IMG/VR virus record: IMGVR_UViG_3300046092_000062
Location: 124,001 to 188,000 of that record
DNA length: 64,000 nt
Strand: one strand, 5' to 3'
Made by a program: the position numbers and the translations under genes. This document shows, piece after piece, positions 10,528 to 17,349 of this stretch. The first letter of the stretch is position 1. Each line of letters starts with the position of its first letter. The notes under the pieces are model-generated. The model worked only from the letters and a program-made list of their open reading frames with translations. It searched no databases and was not told the DNA's origin.

Positions 10528-11076
10528 ATGACAAAAACTTGGGTAACAAGCGACTTACATTTTGGCCACAGAAACATCACAAAGTTCTGCCCTGTAACTC
10601 GCGCACGATTTGGCGAAGACGTTGCTTACATGACTGAAGCAATGATTAAAGAATGGAACGAGTTGATCGGTCCAGATGACATCACCTACATTTTGGGTGA
10701 CGTGGCATTCATGGGTGGCTATGACGCAAGCAAGATCATGAACCGGTTGAACGGTAAAAAGATCTTGGTCGAAGGCAACCATGACCGTAAAACATTGATG
10801 GACAAGCACTTCTTTGAATCTTTTGAAGAAGTACACAAATACTTGGCCATCCAATACAACGGCACAATGGTTGTGATGTTTCACTACCCTATCGCAGAGT
10901 GGGACCAAATGCACCGTGGCTCAGTTCACTTGCATGGTCACTTGCATGGCGGTGTTAGCGGTATGGAAAAGTATCGCTGCCGTGACATGGGCATGGACGC
11001 TACTGGCGTTATTGCTATCAGCATGGAAGACGCTATTGCATCTGCTATGAAGGGCGAAGTAAAGGCGCATCACTAA
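10528..11076 (+). CDS. calcineurin-like metallophosphoesterase
   Basis: SDLHFGH, LGD, GNHD, HYP, HGHLH. Confidence 0.92.
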   Translation: MTKTWVTSDLHFGHRNITKFCPVTRARFGEDVAYMTEAMIKEWNELIGPDDITYILGDVAFMGGYDASKIMNRLNGKKILVEGNHDRKTLMDKHFFESFEEVHKYLAIQYNGTMVVMFHYPIAEWDQMHRGSVHLHGHLHGGVSGMEKYRCRDMGMDATGVIAISMEDAIASAMKGEVKAHH

Positions 11077-11249
11077 TGGATGAACAAGACTTAGTTTACC
11101 GTTTGCGCAAACGTGCAGAGATCCGGAGACAAATTCCAGGACGTAAAAGCGTTGAGGAAGGAACTCCGGATCGCATTGCTGACATTCTCGAAGAAGCAGC
11201 AAATGAGATTGAACGCTTACGCATTGACATCAGCAATTACGACGAGTAA
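11076..11249 (+). CDS. small phage protein (57 aa, MDEQDLVYRLRKRAEIRRQI...)
   Basis: TAATG overlap with the upstream stop; below ORF-track cutoff. Confidence 0.65.
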   Translation: MDEQDLVYRLRKRAEIRRQIPGRKSVEEGTPDRIADILEEAANEIERLRIDISNYDE

Positions 11250-11255
11250 TTTTGG

Positions 11256-11284
11256 TTGACCCGAAATGGGTTTCTTGCTATAAT
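11256..11284 (+). promoter_or_regulatory. sigma70-type early promoter
   Basis: TTGACC-N17-TATAAT; ATG 6 nt after the -10 box. Confidence 0.85.
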
Positions 11285-11290
11285 ACACAC

Positions 11291-11752
11291 ATGAACAAAT
11301 TGTATATGTTAATTGGGGTGCCTGCTAGCGGCAAGAGCACTTGGATCAAGTCGCAAGACTGGACTAAGGACATGCCTGTAGTTAGCAGCGATCGCTTCAT
11401 TGACGAGTATGCTGAAAAAGAAGGCAAGACTTACAACGAAGTGTTCAAAGAATATGCGCCTATTGCTATGAAGTTGATGAACAACCAAGTGTTGATTTGT
11501 CAAGCAAACAGTGTGGACTTGATTTGGGATCAAACTAACACTTCGGCAAAAAGTCGTGCATCAAAGTTGGCCATGTTGCCCAAGTACGAAAAGATTGCAG
11601 TGGTGTTTAGGACTCCTGAACCCGAAGAACATGCTCGTCGTTTAGCAAGCCGCCCAGGTAAGAATATTCCTGAGCATGTTATGCGCAGCATGATTGATAA
11701 TTTGGAAATGCCCTCTGAAGAAGAAGGCTTTAAGGAAATTTGGTATGTTTAA
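11291..11752 (+). CDS. polynucleotide kinase-like P-loop kinase (AAA_33)
   Basis: GVPASGKST Walker A, SSD, DQTN, R..R. Confidence 0.85.
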   Translation: MNKLYMLIGVPASGKSTWIKSQDWTKDMPVVSSDRFIDEYAEKEGKTYNEVFKEYAPIAMKLMNNQVLICQANSVDLIWDQTNTSAKSRASKLAMLPKYEKIAVVFRTPEPEEHARRLASRPGKNIPEHVMRSMIDNLEMPSEEEGFKEIWYV

Positions 11753-12650
11753 GGACAAGCTAAAAGAGTACGTAAACTCGTCGGGCCTAGTTAACATGAA
11801 AGAGTGTGGCCCAGACATTTATGTGCTCAAGTACAAGAAGAAAGTGTTCTACGACAACTTGTGGAACGAGTACATTGCTGAATGCCGTGGAAGCATTGTG
11901 GACCGGGACTTTAACTTAGTTACATATCCATTCACAAAGATCTACAACTATGGTATCGAAAAGGAAGCACCAGTGCTGTCTGGCGATACTAAAGTTACTG
12001 CATTCCGTAAGGTTAACGGCTTCATGGTTGCATGTACTTGGTACAATGGCGACGTGTTAGTGTCAACTACTGGTTCGACTGCCAACGACTATGTTGAGTA
12101 CGCTAAGGAAATGATGCAGAAGCACATGCCTTGGACAGACTGGCAAATGGCAATGGGCACCGCTGACTCACGTGGCATGACTTACATGTTCGAATGTGTG
12201 CATCCAAATGACCCACATATCATTCCTGAAAAGGCTGGTATGTACATTCTGGGTTACCGTGAGAACGAATGGGGTAGCCGTGTGGGACATGACCCAGCTA
12301 TGCTTAAAGAATTGGCAGAAATGTTCAAGTGCTATTGTCCAGAAAGTGTAACAACTAACATGGAACGCCTGGTGCAAATGTCAAAGGAATGTAAGCACGA
12401 AGGTTATGTGTTCTACACTGATGAAGGCATAAGTGCTAAAATCAAAAGCCCTTACTACTTGACTAGCAAGTGGGTTTCTCGGAATCCACGTACAGACAAG
12501 TTGGTTAACATGCAAGCTGATATTAAGAAGCAGTTAGACGAAGAGTACTACCCACTGGTAGACGCTATCCGTGCTAACATTGAAGCTTATACAGCAATGG
12601 ACGAGCAAGCTCGTTTAGCATGGGTACGCAACTATTTGGAGGTGGCCTAA
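11745..12650 (+). CDS. RNA ligase 1-like protein
   Basis: ECRG, PFTKIYN, KVNG (motif I), FE, EGYV, KIKS. Confidence 0.85.
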   Translation: MFKDKLKEYVNSSGLVNMKECGPDIYVLKYKKKVFYDNLWNEYIAECRGSIVDRDFNLVTYPFTKIYNYGIEKEAPVLSGDTKVTAFRKVNGFMVACTWYNGDVLVSTTGSTANDYVEYAKEMMQKHMPWTDWQMAMGTADSRGMTYMFECVHPNDPHIIPEKAGMYILGYRENEWGSRVGHDPAMLKELAEMFKCYCPESVTTNMERLVQMSKECKHEGYVFYTDEGISAKIKSPYYLTSKWVSRNPRTDKLVNMQADIKKQLDEEYYPLVDAIRANIEAYTAMDEQARLAWVRNYLEVA

Positions 12651-12867
12651 GGATGAATGGTTCGGTGGATTCAGTAGTGGCGGGTACGTTGCTAGAAAAA
12701 TCGAAACAGGTCCTTGGCAAGAATGGTTTGCGTGGCGTCCGGTAAAGATACACGGCGAACGGGTATGGCTTAAAACTGTACTCCGCCGATGTGTCAATAC
12801 TTACGTTGACATGGATGATTGGAAGCGTTATGAATATGGCAACATCTTTGACGTGTTAAAAGAGTAG
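12634..12867 (+). CDS. phage-like ORF lacking a canonical start (WFAWRPV...VWLKTV.RR)
   Basis: Open frame 12619-12867; ATT 12634 is the only upstream near-cognate start. Confidence 0.45.
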   Translation: MWRWPKDEWFGGFSSGGYVARKIETGPWQEWFAWRPVKIHGERVWLKTVLRRCVNTYVDMDDWKRYEYGNIFDVLKE

Positions 12868-12892
12868 TACTTAGTACTACTTTTTTTTTTGG

Positions 12893-12921
12893 TTGACGCA
12901 CAATGGTTTCTCGGCTATAAT
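12893..12921 (+). promoter_or_regulatory. sigma70-type early promoter
   Basis: TTGACG-N17-TATAAT. Confidence 0.8.
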
Positions 12922-12927
12922 ACACAC

Positions 12928-13080
12928 ATGAAGAAACTAATCGCTTACTTAAATTCAAAAGAATTTCAAGACTGTATTCGTCCATTGGACAACTACAAAT
13001 ATGGTCAGGGCGAGGACATTGCTGACACCATTGGCCTGTTTGTTATAATGGGCTTGGTTATGTTGGTAATTTTTATCTAA
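12928..13080 (+). CDS. small membrane protein
   Basis: Leaderless ATG; C-terminal TM. Confidence 0.6.
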   Translation: MKKLIAYLNSKEFQDCIRPLDNYKYGQGEDIADTIGLFVIMGLVMLVIFI

Positions 13081-13089
13081 GGAACAACA

Positions 13090-13356
13090 GTGTCTAAAAC
13101 AATTAAAATGACCCGTGATGGTGGCCGCTTTTGGCGTGCGCAGTCTCTAAGCATCTTGCTTACCTGGCCCATGCTGCCCATAGTTGTAGCAGTTATGATC
13201 ATTGGGTTTTTGAACCCCTTGTGGTTCCGCGAGTGGTTCCTGGACAAGTTGATCAGCTATACAGAACGGTACAGCCGCTGGCGTAACTATAAAGTATACA
13301 GTGTGTATTTAGGCATGGATCCCAAAGTTTGGCACACACTCAAAGGTGATGTCTAA
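13090..13356 (+). CDS. hypothetical membrane protein
   Basis: AAGGA RBS, GTG start, one TM. Confidence 0.6.
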   Translation: MSKTIKMTRDGGRFWRAQSLSILLTWPMLPIVVAVMIIGFLNPLWFREWFLDKLISYTERYSRWRNYKVYSVYLGMDPKVWHTLKGDV

Positions 13357-13415
13357 TTTGTCCGAAAATGGATCTTCTGCTATAATAAACACATAGCAGC
13401 AAAAAGGAGTCAGTC

Positions 13416-13616
13416 ATGCCAAAAGATTACTACCCAAAGTTTTACGAAGTGTACGTTGAGCGATTTTTTGCTCCTCCTGCAGGCGGACGTGGCTACAGTT
13501 CAGAGCGTGTGATCAAAACTGGTTTGACTGAAGACGAAGCTAAGGGCATGGTCACAGAACTCCGTCCAATTTACACAGGTGACAAGTATGTTGGTTCTCG
13601 TGTAATGAAAGACTAA
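13416..13616 (+). CDS. hypothetical protein
   Basis: Promoter TTGTCC-17-TATAAT (13358-13386) and AAGGAG RBS. Confidence 0.7.
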   Translation: MPKDYYPKFYEVYVERFFAPPAGGRGYSSERVIKTGLTEDEAKGMVTELRPIYTGDKYVGSRVMKD

Positions 13617-13617
13617 G

Positions 13618-13827
13618 GTGCGTATGATTACTGAAAGTTCTAAAGATTATTGCACCGGCAACATCCTAATGCTGTGGGATGGCGAAGTTCCCACGTATGA
13701 AGAAGTGAATCAATATTGCTTTGACAACTATGGATTCCGTCCCAATTTCAACTACGAGGTCGACACCCCTAGCGATTTTAGGGGTTACAATAACCCCGGG
13801 ACTATTACTGTCATGAAAAACGGTTGA
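13618..13827 (+). CDS. hypothetical protein
   Basis: Packed ORF. Confidence 0.55.
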   Translation: MRMITESSKDYCTGNILMLWDGEVPTYEEVNQYCFDNYGFRPNFNYEVDTPSDFRGYNNPGTITVMKNG

Positions 13828-13852
13828 CCCGAAATGGTTTTGGTTGTATAAT
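13824..13852 (+). promoter_or_regulatory. sigma70-type early promoter
   Basis: TTGACC-N17-TATAAT. Confidence 0.85.
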
Positions 13853-13884
13853 ATATACATACAGAAACAAAGCAGGAGCAGTAA

Positions 13885-14088
13885 ATGAAAGTCGAATCCA
13901 TGTTTTACATTGCACTAGGCACAGTGGTTGATTTGATTGAAAAGGCTGATTCCTGGGCCAGCTTCGTAGAGTTCGCAGAGTCCACAGAAGAACGCAACCG
14001 CTATGCTCGTAGGGCACTCAAGTACAAGACTAAGGCTATTGTTGGTTTTGATCGCGAGATGGATCGCTTGGTAAAGGAATACAAATGA
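13885..14088 (+). CDS. hypothetical protein
   Basis: AGGAG RBS. Confidence 0.65.
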   Translation: MKVESMFYIALGTVVDLIEKADSWASFVEFAESTEERNRYARRALKYKTKAIVGFDREMDRLVKEYK

Positions 14089-14309
14089 ACAAACTGATTA
14101 AACAACTTGCTGACCAGTGTATGGTTGAAGTTAAAAATGTTCCTTGCAAAGGCATTGACGGATGGACTACTCTTGAAACCGTACAACAGATTGATCCAGA
14201 AAAGTTCGCCGAGTTGATTGTGAAAGAAGTAACCAATATTGTGTTACACTATACCGATGTTGACGAAGGTGTAGCAGTAGCCAAGAAACATTTCGGAGTT
14301 GAAGAATGA
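14085..14309 (+). CDS. small phage protein (EKFAELIVKE...KHFGVEE type)
   Basis: ATGA overlap; pattern typical of large-phage early ORFs. Confidence 0.7.
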   Translation: MNKLIKQLADQCMVEVKNVPCKGIDGWTTLETVQQIDPEKFAELIVKEVTNIVLHYTDVDEGVAVAKKHFGVEE

Positions 14310-14506
14310 AAGATGTAACTGGTAAAGAACTATCAGTAGGCAATCAAATAGTATTGATCCCTCAGAATGGATATACAATGTCCCTATCAATGGGAATCAT
14401 TACCGGCTTTACTGCAAAGAAGGTAAAGATACAACTTACTAATAAATCTTGGTCTTATTCGGCGGATGAATGTTTGAAATTTCCAGAACAGGTAGCAAAA
14501 GTATGA
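14306..14506 (+). CDS. small SH3/KOW-like protein
   Basis: KDVTGKELSVG pattern; ATGA overlap. Confidence 0.6.
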   Translation: MKDVTGKELSVGNQIVLIPQNGYTMSLSMGIITGFTAKKVKIQLTNKSWSYSADECLKFPEQVAKV

Positions 14507-14754
14507 ACATCCAAACCGTAGCAGAAAATCTGCGTAACACAATCGCCGGCAAGGAACAGTTGCTGGAAAGTTATAAGTCTTCGCCGCAACCAACTCTGGC
14601 AACGAGCACTCTGTGCCAAATGCTAAAGGTCAACGTTGACGAACTCAAGCGTATCCTTGCTGACGTAGAAGTGTGCGTTGACCAATTTGAAAAACTGAAA
14701 AAAGAAAATTCAGACATGGGTTGGCAAATCAACCCTGACAGGATGGGACAATGA
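14503..14754 (+). CDS. hypothetical coiled-coil protein
   Basis: ATGA overlap; ends WQINPDRMGQ. Confidence 0.65.
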   Translation: MNIQTVAENLRNTIAGKEQLLESYKSSPQPTLATSTLCQMLKVNVDELKRILADVEVCVDQFEKLKKENSDMGWQINPDRMGQ

Positions 14755-14936
14755 AACAAGTGGTGTATAAAGGCAGCATCCTAGCTAAAGGCTCACAAGC
14801 CCTAGAGATGTGGGAAGATTGGCAAAAGGCAAAAAGTGATCGTAACAAGTTTCAGGACAAGCTGGACAAGCACATGAAACAGTTGGATGCAAACGCAAAA
14901 GATTTGGTGACAAGATATGAGAGTGTTCAAAAGTGA
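14751..14936 (+). CDS. hypothetical protein
   Basis: ATGA overlap. Confidence 0.6.
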   Translation: MKQVVYKGSILAKGSQALEMWEDWQKAKSDRNKFQDKLDKHMKQLDANAKDLVTRYESVQK

Positions 14937-15204
14937 TGGTAGGTACAAGTTCCACAATCAAGGGTTAGTGTACATCTGCGAGTTATTGTGGCACGGCGAG
15001 CGGGAGTTATTCAAAAAATTGATCCCAGCATTTGCAGAAATGTATGGGCTATCACACGAATCAGTGCCCACTGCAAATGGATTTAATATCCGCAAGTACA
15101 ATGAGCACTACCGGTTCGAGATGAATACCAAAGCCAAGCGCAGACGCATTTACATGCGGGAAGAACATTACATCACTATGGTGATGTTGACATTGGGGCA
15201 TTAG
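14917..15204 (+). CDS. hypothetical protein (paralogue of next gene)
   Basis: 95 aa; shares architecture with 15206-15484. Confidence 0.65.
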   Translation: MRVFKSDGRYKFHNQGLVYICELLWHGERELFKKLIPAFAEMYGLSHESVPTANGFNIRKYNEHYRFEMNTKAKRRRIYMREEHYITMVMLTLGH

Positions 15205-15205
15205 C

Positions 15206-15484
15206 ATGAGATTGGTAAAATTAAACAAAACCCACAAGGCATACAAGGAACACCATCACCAATGGGCGTTTCGTTTCGACAGCTACGATAGCAAACAATG
15301 TCCAAAGATTGAACGCATTCTGCATGACACTCTTGGCAGTCAATATTCCTATTATGGTCATAGTCCAATTTGGAAATCCAACTTTGGTTCTCCTGTGCGC
15401 GGCTACAACGGCTACCGCCCTTATTGGATCAGCTTTACTAACGAATCTGACGCCACTTTAGTGCTATTGCAGTTATCCAACTAA
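15206..15484 (+). CDS. hypothetical protein
   Basis: 92 aa; YWISFTNESDATLVLL C-terminus. Confidence 0.65.
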   Translation: MRLVKLNKTHKAYKEHHHQWAFRFDSYDSKQCPKIERILHDTLGSQYSYYGHSPIWKSNFGSPVRGYNGYRPYWISFTNESDATLVLLQLSN

Positions 15485-15512
15485 AGTAGTACTTTTTAGT
15501 GCTGAATTTTGG

Positions 15513-15541
15513 TTGACCCGAAATGGATTTCTTGCTATAAT
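15513..15541 (+). promoter_or_regulatory. sigma70-type early promoter
   Basis: TTGACC-N17-TATAAT. Confidence 0.85.
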
Positions 15542-15573
15542 AACTACATAGCAAAGCAAAACAGGAGTAGAAG

Positions 15574-15978
15574 ATGGCATACGTTAGTCAAGAACTTAAA
15601 GCAAAATTGGCCCCACAACTTCGTGCAATTTGCAAAGAGTACAAAGTTAAGGCCAGCATTGCAGTACGTCATCACTCTACTCTTGTGCTTAACATTAGCC
15701 AAGGTGAAATTGACTTCATTGGTAACGCAAACAAAGTTAGCGAAGCCAAGTCACATGGCAGCGAGTGGCGCAAGGCCAAAGACAGCTTGGATGTGAATCC
15801 TTACTGGTTCCAGGAACACTTTGACGGTGTTGCACTGGTGTTCTTGCGCAAAATCTTTGCAGTCATGAATGACGGCAATTGGAACAAAAGCGACATCCAA
15901 ACTGACTACTTCAACGTTGGTTGGTACGTGGATGTAAACGTAGGTCGTTGGAACAAGCCCTACGCATTGGTTAAGTAA
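15574..15978 (+). CDS. conserved phage early protein (SDIQTDYF motif)
   Basis: AGGAG RBS; NWNKSDIQTDYFNVGWY. Confidence 0.75.
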   Translation: MAYVSQELKAKLAPQLRAICKEYKVKASIAVRHHSTLVLNISQGEIDFIGNANKVSEAKSHGSEWRKAKDSLDVNPYWFQEHFDGVALVFLRKIFAVMNDGNWNKSDIQTDYFNVGWYVDVNVGRWNKPYALVK

Positions 15979-15979
15979 T

Positions 15980-16357
15980 ATGAGCAAGACAAATACTTTC
16001 ATCCTCAGCTGGGACTGCGAAGGCCTTGAAGCCTGCGTGGACATTACAGATGATCTCGTGCGCTGCGATGACTTTGAGCGCGAAAGTATTTTTGAGCGCA
16101 TTAAGAATCCCAATGTAGAGCCGCACAACGAAGCATTAAATAAAATCACAAAAATGATTCACATGATGCAGTTGCGGGCTCGCTACAATCCACAGCGTAA
16201 TTACGAAATCTACAAAATCAATACCACACCCAGCATTGATAAAGACAGCATGATTCGCATGTTTGAGGAAGACCCTCAAGCAGCAGCAGACTTAATCAGA
16301 GATCGCGGAGACCAACTCTATAGCGATCGTCGTTCTTCACCAAGGAAAATATCATGA
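15980..16357 (+). CDS. hypothetical protein
   Basis: 125 aa; WDCEGLE, LRARYNPQR. Confidence 0.7.
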   Translation: MSKTNTFILSWDCEGLEACVDITDDLVRCDDFERESIFERIKNPNVEPHNEALNKITKMIHMMQLRARYNPQRNYEIYKINTTPSIDKDSMIRMFEEDPQAAADLIRDRGDQLYSDRRSSPRKIS

Positions 16358-16536
16358 ACAACAAGCCACTTTCTATCAACGGTTACACATTTAGCATTGA
16401 GCTGACCAAGCGTGATCTGGAAAACTTCCAGCGCCAATTTGGCGAGTTTCAAGGGCAAGCTCAGGACAACTTCATGGAAATGATGGACTATGCAGACGCC
16501 AAAGAAGTCATTGCAAATATCAAGGCTAAACTGTGA
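16354..16536 (+). CDS. hypothetical protein
   Basis: ATGA overlap. Confidence 0.6.
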   Translation: MNNKPLSINGYTFSIELTKRDLENFQRQFGEFQGQAQDNFMEMMDYADAKEVIANIKAKL

Positions 16537-16715
16537 GCACATTTGATAGCTGGCTAGAGGAAGAAGATATACAGCGTCTTTGGGATGTATGCCACGGAGT
16601 GCTACCAGAATCTGCCGCTACATTTGATGAAATAAAGGAGTTTGAACGCCTAGTGCTACACTCTGCTATGCTTAAAGTAGCCGGCGAAGATTACGAGTCA
16701 GCTGCAATACACTAA
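16533..16715 (+). CDS. hypothetical protein
   Basis: GTGA overlap. Confidence 0.55.
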   Translation: MSTFDSWLEEEDIQRLWDVCHGVLPESAATFDEIKEFERLVLHSAMLKVAGEDYESAAIH

Positions 16716-16736
16716 TCAATCTCTATGTATATTATG

Positions 16737-16763
16737 GACCCGCCTTTGTGCGGGTTTCCTTTT
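16737..16763 (+). terminator. intrinsic terminator
   Basis: GACCCGC-loop-GCGGGTT then TCCTTTT. Confidence 0.75.
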
Positions 16764-16793
16764 GGCCTCATAAATAACTAAAAGAACATAACT

Positions 16794-17036
16794 ATGAGCT
16801 ATTCCTACCAACAATCCTTTAACGCCACACTTAACGCTCTTTCTAAAGAAGACCGCAGGGATTATAAACTTGCAAATATTGCAGCAGTTGATAGACAACA
16901 AGTGGGAACAGATAGTTATCGTCCATATAACCAATACACTAGCCCCGGCGAAGTTGCACCAACAGAAGGGCGTCCAATGACTTTGGATCCCAATTATGTT
17001 AGTGGCATTGGCGCAACAGCAGTGGTTAACCCTTAA
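16794..17036 (+). CDS. late hypothetical protein
   Basis: CATAAATA upstream. Confidence 0.6.
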   Translation: MSYSYQQSFNATLNALSKEDRRDYKLANIAAVDRQQVGTDSYRPYNQYTSPGEVAPTEGRPMTLDPNYVSGIGATAVVNP

Positions 17037-17045
17037 GGATATAAA

Positions 17046-17345
17046 ATGAAAGCAGCAGAAATACTACGTGGATTAGCAGACGCCATTGAACGTGCAGAAG
17101 GTGGAGCAGCAACTGTACCACAGCAGGACCAAAGTCCTAAGTTCCATAAAGTGGAAGTACCAAACGACGAGCAAGGTAACCCAACATCAATGCAAGCCCC
17201 GTTACAACAAAAATTAGAATTGTTGAAAAAGGCAGTGGGCGTTGAAAGCACATTTGATGATGAGTGTGCTGACCCGTTAGATCAAATGAAGAAAATGGCA
17301 GGAATTCAAATAGTAGCCCAAGCCGGCGAAGACGCAGGAGAGTAA
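17046..17345 (+). CDS. late hypothetical protein, MKAAEIL leader
   Basis: AAGGA RBS; PLQQKLELLKKAVG. Confidence 0.65.
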   Translation: MKAAEILRGLADAIERAEGGAATVPQQDQSPKFHKVEVPNDEQGNPTSMQAPLQQKLELLKKAVGVESTFDDECADPLDQMKKMAGIQIVAQAGEDAGE

Positions 17346-17349
17346 TACT

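Noticed and set aside
11252-11290. MVDPKW... N-termini predicted for ORFs at 11252, 15509 and 54315
   Set aside because: Artefacts of translating the repeated promoter sequence; true starts lie downstream.
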